From positions 417,012,001 to 417,076,000 of the forward strand of contig NW_027362763.1 of the NCBI RefSeq assembly GCF_046119375.1: a stretch of DNA of 64,000 bases, read 5' to 3'. The notes under the pieces are model-generated. The model ran no database searches. It was given only the letters and a program-made list of their open reading frames with translations, and was not told where the DNA came from. Below, piece by piece: positions 34,758 through 46,466 of the stretch. The translations under genes and the position numbers were made by a program. This DNA comes from Phyllobates terribilis (taxonomy: Eukaryota). How positions within the stretch are numbered: position 1 is the stretch's first letter; each line of letters opens with the position of its first letter.

Positions 34758-37700
34758 TAGTGATGAGCGAGCATGCTCTCTACTGCTCGGTGCCCACCCA
34801 AGCATCTCACTGCTCGGGCGAGCAGTGAGATTTTTAGGAAAAACCCCACTAAGAATTTAAAGACACATGGAGCAGGGCCACAGTAACAAAGTACGACATG
34901 TTCCCATTAGAAAGGAGAGGGTCTGCTATACAGTTATAGGGTATGCAGTGAGTCCAACGGCTGACCATTTTTAGGAAAAACCCCACTAAGAATTTAAAGA
35001 CACACAGAGCAGGGCCACAGTAACAACAAATTCCCATTAGAAAGGAGTGGGTCTCCCATTGTGTTTGCCTATGCAGTGAATGCAAGGGCTGCCAAAAATT
35101 TGGAGGCACTTCAATGCCCCTTGGAAGAGACGTGGAGGAGGGCCTCATAAAAAAATGTTCCCATTAGAAAGGAGCAGGCCTCCTATACTTGTAATGCCCA
35201 TGCACTAAGTGTATGGGCTGACAAACATTTACCCCTGGGGGGTATACATGAACATACTGTATAAAAATTTTTTTTACGTGCATCATAGACACCCTTTAAA
35301 AAAATGATGTGGGTGTTGCATCATGGACCACGGTCACCCTGGTGATATGGTGGTGGAGGATGAGGAAAAGGAGGAGGACAAGAGGAAATAGACAAAATCA
35401 GGAAGCGTATACCCATGTCTGGGTGTGAAAAGGTGCATGGGAATATACCTCCCCAGAAAAGACACTGGATTTGAGTTTATGTTACACTGCTATCATTCGG
35501 TGGTGTTGAGAAATCTGGCCCAATCCAGCCCTTGTTCATTTTTATAAGAGTCAGCCTGTCAGCATTTTCAGTTGACAGGCGGATGCGCTTATCAGTTATA
35601 ATTCCACCAGAGGCAATAAAAACCCGCTCTGATAAAACGCTGGCGGCAGGGGAGGCCAGGATCTCCAAGGCATAGAGAGTCAGTTCATTCCACGTATCCA
35701 GCTTGGATACCCAATAATTATAAGGCACAGAGGAATCACGGAGGACGTTGGTACGGTCGGCAAGGTACTCCCTCAGCATCTTTCCAAACTTTGCACTCCT
35801 TGTGAGAGTACCCCGCGCCTCAGGGCCTGTGCGATAGGATGGTCTGAGAAAACTCTCCAGGAACTTTGACAGTGTTTCCCTGCCTCTGCTGGATTGAAGT
35901 TGTGTCTCTCTCTTCTGTTCTCCTTGGTTGTCCAACGAAGTGTGCCCTCTGCCGCCAGCGTTTTCAGATGGGAATTTTTTTAATAGTTCCGCAACAAGGG
36001 CCTTCTGGTATTGCCCCATTTTTGTAGACCTGTCTGCCTCAGGAATAAGAGATATAAAGTTTTCCTTGTAGCGTGGGTCTCGAAGCGTCACCAACCAGTA
36101 ATGACTGTCACCCAAAATTTTGAGAATGCGAGGGTCATGGGAAAGGCAGCGTAACATAAACTCAGCCATGCGTGCCAGACTACTAACAGGCAAGACTTCC
36201 GTGTCCTCACCAAGAGGATGACTGACCATGCTCTCCTCCTCCTCTCTGTCCTCTGGCCATCCACGCTGAACAGACGGTATGACAGCTGTGCAGGTAGTAC
36301 CGTCCATAGTGCATGAAACTAGCTCCTGTCCTTCCTCCTCCTCCTCCTCTTCCTCATTGTCACCCAAACCACATTGGGATGAGATGAGGCTTGGCTGTGT
36401 GTAATCACCCTGTATGGTTCCTTGCTCCATCTCATCGTGCTCCGCCTGAAATGCATTCTCTTTGATTGTGAGCAGAGAGCGTTTCAGAAGACAGAGAAGC
36501 GGGATGGTGATGCTAATTATGGCGTCATTGTCTCTCACCATCTTGGTGGAGTCCTCAAAGTTTTGGAGGATGGTACATATGTCTGACATCCATGTCCACT
36601 CCTGAGGTCTTATGTGTGGAGTCTGAACTGAATACCGACGGCCTTGTTGATGCTGGTACTCAACAACTGCCCTCTTCTGCTCACAAATCCTTCCCAACAT
36701 CTGTAGTGTAGAGTTCCAACACATGGGGACATCACACACCAGTCTGTGAGTCGGAAGCTGCAAACGCTGCTGAAACACGGCAAGGGCGGCGGAAGCTGTA
36801 GCTGACTTTCTAAAATGAGCACACAAGCGGCGTACTTTAACAAGCAGATCCGGCAGCTCTGGGTAGGATTTGAGAAACCGCTGAACCATGAGGTTAAGCA
36901 CATGGGCCAGGCATGATACGTGTGTGAGCTCGCCTCGCCTCAGAGCCGCCACCAGTTTCCGGCCATAGTCACACACGACCATGCCTGGCTGTATATTCAG
37001 CGGTGTGAGTCACAGATCTGCCTGCTCTTTCAGAGCTGTCCATAGCTCTTCAGCATTGTGCGGTTTTTCACCTAAGCATATTAGCTTCAGCACAGACTAT
37101 TGCTGCTTGGCCGAGGCAGTGCTGCAGTGCTTCCAGTTTGTGACTGATGTGGTCATTTTTGAGATGGAGGCTGAAGAGGAGGGGGAGGCTGAGGAGGATG
37201 AGGTGGAGGAGCTGTAGACCATGGGGGCAACCTTGATTGACCTAGGGCCCGCAATCCTTGGCGTCGGGAGGACGGCTTCCACTATGTTAACCCAGTGTGC
37301 CGTCAGCGAGATGTACCGTCCCTGCCCACAAGAACTTGTCCACATGTCCGTGGTTAGGTGGACTTTACCGGTAACTGCATTGTTGAGAGCGCGGCTAATG
37401 TTTTGGGACACGTGCTTGTGTAATGCGGGGACGGCACACCGGGAGAAATAGTGGCGGCTGGGCACCGTGTCCCTAGGGACGGCCGCCGCCATCAGGTTGC
37501 GGAATGCTTCCGTCTCCACGAGCCTAAAAGGCAACATTTTGAGCACAAGCAGTCGTGAAATGTGAGAATTTAGTAGTGTGGCCTGTGGGGCGTTGGCTGC
37601 ATATTTGCGCTTGCGATCCATGGACTTGGGTATGGACAACTGAATGCTGCGCTGGGACAAGGACAAGGACGTGCTTCCTGATGCTGCTACTTGATAGTGT

Positions 37701-39690
37701 GCAGTGACAGGTGCAGGGCAGGAGGCGTCTTCGCATGCACCATGGACAGGGGATTGGCTTGCATGCACAACAGCGGAAGAAGCAATGGTGCCACCCGCAG
37801 ACACTATTCCTGGACCCTGGAGTTCTGCCCACAAAGTCGGGTGCTTTGCTGCCATGTGCTTGATCATGCTGGTGGTGGTCAGGCTAGTCGTTTTGCCACC
37901 CCTGCTGATGCTGGCCTGGCAGGTGGTGCAAATGGCCTTTTTGGGGTTATCGGCAGAGTTTTTAAAAAACAACCAGACTTGGAAAGACCTAACAGTTGTA
38001 CTGGCAACTTCCTTCGTGTTGGTGTTACGGGGAATGGTTGCCTGCCTTCTGTCTGCGGCCACCACACTGCTTCTTCCTGCCTGTTGGGGTGCTCTGCCTC
38101 CCTCCCCCTGTGTGCTGCTGTCCTCGCTCTGCATGTCCTCCTGCCAGGTTGGGTCAGTTACTATATCATCCACCACTTCGTCTTCCACTTCCGCACCCTG
38201 GTCCTCCTCCTGACCTTTTGGCAATTGTGTCTCATCATCGTCCACCTCTTGTGACACTTTCCCACCGTCGCCTTCGTGTGACCGTGGCTGCTCAAATATT
38301 TGGGCGTCGCTGCACGCGATCTCCTCTTGCCCCGCTTCAAGTGGACCGGGCGAGAGGCGCGAATCTATAAATGGAAAAGTGAACAGCTCTTCAGAGTGTC
38401 CAAGTGTGGGATCAGTTGTCTCTGGGTACTCGGCGTGGTGGGAGAAAGGAGGCTCAGGGTGAGGAATATGCGGTCCAGACTCATGGCTACTGAGACTTGA
38501 CTGTGTGGAAGACAGGGTGGTGGTGGTGGTGGCTAAGTGACTGGAAGCATTATCTGCTATCCAACCAATAACCTTTTGACACTGCTCTGGGTTCAATAGT
38601 GGTGTGCTGCGGTCCCCTAGAAATTGGGACAGAAAGGTCAGGCGAGAAGATGTGGATGTTTGTTGTGGCACAATTTCGGCTTGCCCACGGCCTTGCCTGT
38701 AGGTAAGTAGTTTGAACAGCAAATTGCGGTGAATTGCTTCAATGACACACTAAAGGAAATTTTTAATGGAGGCCAGAAATGGCAATATTTTCTGACAACA
38801 TATATGTGATCCGTTTGACGGAGAAAACAGAGTTTTAAATACCTGGCCTGTAGGTAAGTAGTTTGAACAGCAAACTGCAGTGAATTGCTTCAATGACACA
38901 CTAAATGAAATTTTTAATGGAGGCCAGTAATGGCAGTATTTTCTGACAACGTATATGTGATCCGTGTGACGGAGAAAACAGAGTTTTAAATATCTGGATT
39001 TCTAGCGCTCTTATATGGAGAGGACCTGGCTGTATTCTGTAGTGCCAACAAGCAAATGACACAGAAAAAATGGTGTTCTCTGGATTGCTTTTTAAGAAAA
39101 TAATGAGAATTAAGATCCAAAGAAAAGTATTCCTGGCCCCTGAGACCTGGGCCTTTGTATAGAAATATCTAACAGCAGCAGAAGGCAGAATTGGAATGGA
39201 GCCTCTTGTGCTATATGCACTGCAGTCTGCTATATACCCTGCTTGCCTATACACTCTGCCTGCCTGATATCTCTGCAGATAGATTAGTCCTCAGAAGGAC
39301 TGTTTGTTAAGATGGATATGTGTAATGTACGGTTTTTCTCCCTACACTACCTATTACACAATCAAATCTCCTCCTGACACAGCAGCAGCTCTCCCTACAC
39401 TGTCTGATCCGGAGTGACTGTGACGAGCATGGCGGTGCCAGGTCTGATATAGACCTGATGATGCTGTGCGGTCAGCCAATCACTGTAATGCCCACAACCA
39501 ACATGGCTGCGGCATTACAGTGCATGGCAGGGAATCCCTGCATGTTCATTGGCTCTCTAAAGAGCGCCAAACATGCAGGGAGGGGACTCGAGTTCCCGCC
39601 CAAGCAACCCGGAATTACCCGCCGAGCTTGTCGAGCACTGTGATGCTCGGGCGAGTACCGAGCAGTGGCGAGCACGTTCGCTCATCACTA
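34758..39690 (-). mobile_element. hAT element 2 (same family as element 1), rearranged right end, no TSD
   Basis: Left-end sequence at 39690 is the reverse complement of 17339-17580. The other terminus TAGTGATGAGCGAGCATGCTC at 34758 also resembles a left end. Flanks ATCATTAG and TATCTGTG do not match. Confidence 0.85.
35477..38722 (-). pseudogene. hAT/BED transposase pseudogene of element 2
   Basis: BED finger (QVWLFFKNS...ICTTCQ...MIKHMAAKH), HLTTDMWTS, VVCDYGRK and SPAASVLSERVF; in-frame stops between the two ORF segments; N-terminus truncated. Confidence 0.93.
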
Positions 39691-39700
39691 TATCTGTGTC

Positions 39701-40101
39701 TTTAATATTTCATATGCAAATTGCCTCTTTAGAGAGGAAGAGGACTTGAACTCTAGTGACAGCCATTGGAAGTAGCAATCCTAAAAGTCATTATCGACCT
39801 TTTAAAGATCCATGTCACATGACTTAGTATAAAGACCAAACTAGAATCTGAGTTTTCAGACACGTGTTTCGGGATGTTTCCCTTCGTCAGTGCAAAGCAT
39901 GAGATTTGATTTGACTGTATGAGAGGCCTCTGATTGGAGTCTAAGGTAACGTTTCTTCTTTTTGAGAGTGACATGCCAGGCTATGGAGGCTTATAGGTCA
40001 TGCAAGGTTTCTCTACCAGAGGAGCATTGCATGGCCTATAAGCCTCCTTAGCCTGGCATGTCACTCTACACAAGGAGAAACATTGCCCTTTAATATTTCA
40101 T
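39701..40101 (-). mobile_element. ~388-bp retrozyme-like / Penelope-associated repeat unit
   Basis: Direct repeat TTTAATATTTCAT at 39701 and 40089; contains a hammerhead core and a ~100-bp hairpin (39965-40067). Confidence 0.6.
39846..39905 (-). ncRNA. Type I hammerhead ribozyme-like motif (minimal, probably dimer-dependent)
   Basis: Minus strand ...UUUGCA CUGACGA A GGG-AAACAU-CCC GAA AC-ACGU-GUC UGAAAA: conserved CUGANGA and GAAA boxes, stem II, palindromic stem III (ACACGUGU), GUC triplet, and stem I with one mismatch. Confidence 0.72.
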
Positions 40102-41964
40102 GCATACCTGTCTCACTTTCATATCTACAGAAGATTGTCAAAGTGATCACTTTATATTGCCAATTTCTATCAACTGAAGTTCCACCTTAATCTTTTGGAC
40201 TTTGTGTTGAATTAATCTGACATGGTCAAATGTGAGATTTCATTATTGTCAATTGCTGTACCATAGATCAATCAGGTGCCAGGCTGCCACCCAAACATCT
40301 GCTTCTGCGTAATTAAAATGTGTAATATTCTAACTGAGCAGTAACTGGAAAACCACAGGTCTCCTTTATGAAAACCAGTACAGACATAAGGTAATATCCA
40401 TAGTATCTAATCAGATGCCATATGTCATTTCCCAAGCTGGCTTGGAAACCAGAATAAAACCCTTCCCTTTCACACAGGAATCTCCTGCTCGTCATATCCT
40501 TGCACTGTAGGATGCAATGTTAAATGAATGTGCATCAAGCCCCCAATCTACAGAATTAATTTATCATTTTCATTACTCCCCTATTAATATGGTAACCTTA
40601 TGCGGTGAGGACATAGTCAAGTATCAGCCTTTTGCTTGTTCTCAGCTATGTTATTCGGCACAAAGATAAACACTATTTGATATATATTCATGTCAAATAT
40701 GGACTTTACTTGTTTTCAGGTCCAAGTAGCGTTGCCAGGATTCATTTCTTGTTAATCTTAACATGACAACAGAGGTACGGTACCTCTCTGATCTTCATCT
40801 TTCAGGTTGGCAGTCCTTGTCACTTTTTCCACTACTTCAAAGAAACTAGTACATTTAGGAAAAGTGCCAGTGCATCATGGCTGCCCCTTTTATAGACTTT
40901 GTACGTAACTATGGGCATGCAACCCTTTCCAGGTTTAATTAATCCTTTCTTTGTGGAGCTTAAAATGATTATTTCAGACAGAGATAAATGAATTACGTTG
41001 TGCAGGAACGAGGAGAAAGAAAACAGACTCTTGACTATGCCCTTCTCCAAGAAGTTACCCGCTGTGCCTGTCTACAAAATAGCATTAAAATAGTTTTTTC
41101 GCTTTTTAGAAATTGCAGATATGAAGTCAGTTTTGTTGGTGCTTGTAAATACCTGCCGCAGAAGCTTGGAAGAATCACAGTATCTGTGTACTCATTTGTA
41201 TCTAGATTGCCCATAGGATGTATTTGTATCTAGCACTTCATGTAATCCTGGTATGCTTCCAGATTCCAATACAGTGTTTACTGTGCCTGGAGGAAATAAA
41301 GTGGAGCTTTACAATTTTCTCATAATTAATTTCCTTCCTTCAAACTGCAGAGAATTAGCCTGGTGGAAGTTACCAGCGGTGTAGATCAATTAGCTGTGCG
41401 GGCACTGGAGAGCCATTACTATTCTGGGTCCCTGTGTTCTACGAGGCTCATTTTCTCATTCTAATTTATGGATATATTCACTGTACAGAGCATCAGGACA
41501 TACATCACTTTGATCATTTCTGTGTTATTCCTATGCACTCTTTTTACTTTTCAACTTAAATGGAGACTAATAGCAAGTTCAATATTATGGTGTTCCAAAG
41601 GACGTACGGTATATAGAAATTTCTACGTTATTTCACTGCCAGTTTACAACAAAGGAACAGACAGAGTGGCAAAATGGAATGTTAAGTGGAGCACAAAGTG
41701 GAAGTCATAAGAAATGTTATTGAAGGCATTTTAGAACATTCTGAAGTGCTGTGGAAAGATTTTTCAATTATTCTACATTAGGTTTCAGCTAAAGACATCT
41801 TTTTCTGTGTGAGCCCCAGTCCGGAAGCTTTGCAGCAGCAGGACTGTACATAGTAAGACTTTTTAGGATGCTGGGAGATTACAACATACGCTTCTCTACA
41901 ACCTCATTTTCTGATTGTGTGATTTCTTAAACAGAAAGCAGTTATATCTTACACTTCTAGCCAC

Positions 41965-43219
41965 TGTGGCGCCCCTGAGGGTTCAGTCGCCGTAGAGGTA
42001 CTGTACCTCACCCAGAGGTGTGGTGTCTCCTTCTTTCAGGTAAGGAGGGAGTGCTGCCCGGAACCCCAACACCTGCATCCAACACGACACTGCTCCAGGC
42101 TGGCTGGAAGGGCAAGATGCAATGTGTTTTCCTGCTGAGCCCTGGCCCTGGCTGGAGTGGGGGGAACCCAAAGGTAGGGGGAACCAGTAGTGGGTGTGGG
42201 TGGAGGAAGTAGTTTAGAGGAGCACTTTGACAGTAGGTATAAAAAGGGAAGCCATCTTAGGGTGGCAGATCAGTGAGTGAGGACAGACAGTCTGGGAGCA
42301 GAGTCTCTTTAGGAGCTCTGCTCCACAAGTAGGGCCCAGTCCTAGAGGCCCAGGTGGGGAGCAGAGGATTAGGCTCCGATCTAAAGAAAGGATCCTAGGG
42401 GGTACGGCGAGTGCGAGACGGTACCCATACGTCCCGAATCTGTCAGAAGACAGAGAGATCGTAGGCCGCAAGAAGGGGACCGGCCCCTGGTCCAGCCGTT
42501 TTACTCTAGGTCTCGGCTGGGAAAACCGGAGGCTTCTGGCTTATATAGTCAGTTGCTGAAGCCTCATTCTAATCCCCGTGAGGTGAGAGTCAAGCAGGTC
42601 CGGGAACTCCGATGCACAGGAGGGACTTCAGAGCACCCGAGCGGGACTGAGAGTGGGAAGCGCAGGGCAGGAGGGAGAAAGACCCAGCGTGAAGATGGTC
42701 TAGCTAGGAACACAAGAAAATGGGGTTCCGTCAGGCACTCCTAATCTGCCTGAGGAAGTGCTGAACCCCTGCCTGGTGAACACAGCGCGACGTGGGAGGC
42801 TGGCACCCGTACAGTGCACCAGTGGAACTGTCATAAGAACTGTGAGTAAAGACTCGGATGACTGCACCGCACTGCCTCCGTCCATTATTTAAAGCTGCGC
42901 CATCTTTCCCTCCTGGCACTACAACGCCCAGCTACTTACACTACTTACACTGCCCTCGAGCTCGCTCTACCTGTGGAGAGCCACACCATCCCTGCTGCCG
43001 TAACACCAGCTCCAGAGGACTGCTCCGCAGCGGCGGCACCCTTTAGCTGCAATCCACAGGTGGCGTCACGAACACTATTCCAAAAACCCCATATAAATAG
43101 AAGTTTCCCCTTTTTACTGACCGCCCTGGGTCACGGACCGGACCAGCCACCGTGATATCCCCCACCGGCATACACATAGGCCCGGCTGCCGAGTACCGCA
43201 CGGCCCAGGGGGCGCGTCA
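41965..43219 (+). mobile_element. Solo LTR (Gypsy family, 1255 bp) with TSD CCAC
   Basis: TGTGGCGCCCC ... GGGGGCGCGTCA; CCAC at 41961-41964 and 43220-43223. Confidence 0.93.
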
Positions 43220-43257
43220 CCACCACAGAGGTTTTGGGTTTTTTTTTCGCTATGTAA

Positions 43258-43716
43258 GGCTATGTTCACACATTATGTTTTTTTGGTGTCAATTTTCTGC
43301 AGCAAAACCTGATCTCTCAAGGGAGGTTTGTTCAGAATTCTTCTTGCAATTTTGGCAATTTTTTGGATGCGTTTTTTTCAGCGTTTTTTTCACTGTCCTT
43401 CTGTCTCTTTTTATGCATGTACATAAAGTTCAGTGAAAAAAAAAAAACATTCTATTTTGGCATCAAAAACACTGAAAAAATTTTTGGTGCGTTTCTTTCA
43501 CCACCCATTACTTCCTATGGGTGAAAAAACTCGCGAAAAACATGCTCCATTTTCTGAAAAACCATGCAAGGCACAAAATCCTGAACAAAAAAAACCATGA
43601 TGTGTGAACTAAGAATTCTGGAGTCTCATAGACTTTGCTGCAAAATGCAGCTAAAAATTTGAATAAAAAAGTGCATCAATAAACCCTGAAAAAAAACATG
43701 ATGTGTGAACATAGCC
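43258..43716. mobile_element. PIF/Harbinger-type MITE, TSD TAA
   Basis: TIR GGCTATGTTCACAC / GTGTGAACATAGCC flanked by TAA on both sides. Confidence 0.85.
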
Positions 43717-44093
43717 TAAAAAAAGAAAAACTACGGTAGATACCAAAAGGCATTTTTAGTGGCATCAGCAGGTCTGGGCACCAGGGGCACAGATGTAGGG
43801 AGGGTAAAATGGGAAAATGTCTATCTGTTGCAGATAATGGAATGTTATACTATTTTGTTGCATGTCCCTCTCAAGACTACCATTTAAAGACTGCTCAGAT
43901 ATTATTTTTTTGTATTGTGTATATCAATATGTATTTTGTTGCATTGTACAAATGTTGTTGCTTTGCGGGAGCTTTCGGAATACAGACTGTTCTGTCTTGT
44001 GGCACCAATGTATGGGAATGTAGCTATAGTAGATGCTTCTGCAGGACAGTCACAAGGGAAGTGAGTTGTCCTACTTATTTTTAAATCACATAT

Positions 44094-45120
44094 TTTTTTT
44101 ATTGAGAATTTACAATAAAGTACATTAATAACAAAGACAAAACATATTATTACCATACAGGCTCAAACAGAAGGACAATTAAGAGATAAAATAAAAAAAA
44201 CTCTGAAGCCATAACAGACCCGAAAATCGAACCCAAAACTCCTACCCACCCCTTTCCTACCCACTATTAATAACCTTTTATTACTAGGGAATCATGTTTC
44301 AAAGAGTTTCACCCTCATTGGAACAGGAACCCAAGTGCTTCACAGCAAAATTACACGAGCGAGCTAAACCCATATATCACACACACCCAACCAGAACACA
44401 AAGCTCCACCGAATACTGACGGTCAACGCAATTGCCCAATAATGTACATATTCAGTAAATTCTGGTTTCATATAGGATCAGTGAAAGAAGGCCTGGTGTC
44501 TCTATCCACCTTCCCCAGACAGTTTTGAATTTAGCTAAACACTTCCTTTTAAAATAAATCCATTTCTCAAAACAAATTAGATCATTCATTTTGGAGATTA
44601 ATTCAACAATCTTTGGTGGTATGACCTGAATCCACCCAGCCGCAAAGCATTCTAGCCTGATAAAGATTATGCTATATTCATATCTCAGTCCGCTCTTCAA
44701 ACTCCAGGTCCCTCCAATATTCTAAGCAAATTTACATTGAGTGCCGCAGGCACACTCACAGAGTACGCTTTATGAATAATTGCAAGAACCACTTTCTAGA
44801 AATGCCCCAATTCGGTCATTCCCATATCATGTACAGCAGCTGAGCATCATCCATCCTACATTTTGGATATGACGAATAAGGTCCTACCCCTATTTTATAT
44901 AAAGTACAAAATGGGTCGTTTTACAATCATTTGCAATAAATAGAGTTGGGAGTGTCATTGTGGTTCACCAAGAGAAATTTTCGTCACTCAAACTAGAATC
45001 TCCCCCCACTGCTCCTCCATAATTTGGCCAACAGCAGTTTCCCATTTAGTTTTAACCAACAGTGGATGATTATGCAGGAACATAGAAAGTAGCTGATTAT
45101 AAATATAACAACTCGTTTAC
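44094..45120 (-). mobile_element. L1-clade LINE 3' fragment (ORF2 C-terminus, 3' UTR, poly-A)
   Basis: T-run at ~44094-44100 (poly-A on minus). The ORF end ...WIQVIPPKIVELISKMND...EKWIY...KFKTVWGRW and a degenerate C-terminal knuckle resemble L1/Tx1 ORF2 ends. Confidence 0.65.
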
Positions 45121-46466
45121 CTTATTCCCCTCCAGTCGCTATAAAGTGTTGTTAAGTCAAAGAAGACCCTGGTGCTGGCTAGGAGGAAGGAAAGAGGTGA
45201 TGTGCTGCTCCAATGTGCTAGTAGGAGGAAGGCCATAAATTTTGAAGATTTGGGACCTTTGAGTAGAACGTGCAGTTTACTGTGTCAGGGGCTAGACTGG
45301 GATATCAACCATCCGAGTCTTACTTAGACTTTGGTTTCCGGAAGTTCTAACTTGCTCCTCTGTGCTGAGTCAACAAGTAGTAAAAAGTGGTGGAACAGCA
45401 CCTCAAGTCATAAAGATAGAAATGAGTGCATGCCTTTGAGTTGAAAAATGTCCACATAAACCACCTACAATATAGTCTGTAGAGCAAAGAAGAATGCAGC
45501 AAAATCAATTGTTGCACTGGAGCTCACAGAATTCTATGTTTCAGCTGTAACATTAGAACCAAAACATCATATTCTATGAACTTTACTCTATTAAGGCAAT
45601 GAGTGACTAGAAAGTAGATGAGACTACATTAGATGAGATTAGATGAGCCTACCTTAAATGTGAATTGGCCTAAAATTAACGTCCTGAATTGTATTGAACT
45701 GTGGGGTATAGACAGTGGGAGGAGGAAACCTAAATACAGCCCTTGTGAAAATGGTCTAAGTCAACAGTTTCCTTGTCAGTGTGAGGGTGAGAAGAGGCCT
45801 GGACGTCTACATCTTGTGATGGAAGAACCTGTCAGGCATGATTTTAAGAAAAAATTTGGAAGATTGTGTCCTTGAGAATCTAGACGAAGTGAAGTAAAAC
45901 AGGAAATATTGACAAAAAATAAAACCCTTGAGACTCAGTACTGTGGATTGGATGTTCATGTGTATGGGCAAGTCAGGAGAATAAGGGAGTAACGTCAACT
46001 TGTGGCTAGCATAGGAAATTTTCAGCTCTGTTGGTTACAGCGGCTGGTGGGGACAGCAGCTGATATAGTGTCGGTTACTGTCCTGGTGGTATATATGGCC
46101 TGCACTTTTGTAGTTGTTGTGGGAAGCATCTGTGATTGTCATGGATGACAAATTATGATGTTATAAGGAGGCAATCACGAGGGAGCATATAGAAAAGTAA
46201 GGCACCATTGGAGTCAGAAATTTAAACCATAGGAATTATTAGATCCGTGGGCTGATTTCAGAAAAATTTAAAAGGGTACGCCCATCTCCAAGATCCTATC
46301 CCAATATGTAGTAGGTGTAATAATAATAATATTAGCAAATATCTCCAATTAGAAATGTAGAATAGTTTTTCTGATTCACTATGTCTCTTTCCTCATGTGC
46401 AGGCATTGCAGGACCTTAGGTATCCATGGTTACGACCACTAGCAACTAGATAACTATCGCTATATA

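Noticed and set aside
17339-39690. Single 22-kb composite transposon bounded by the outer hAT ends
   Set aside because: Element 1 has its own TSD, and the outer flanks (GTAACTAC vs TATCTGTG) do not match.
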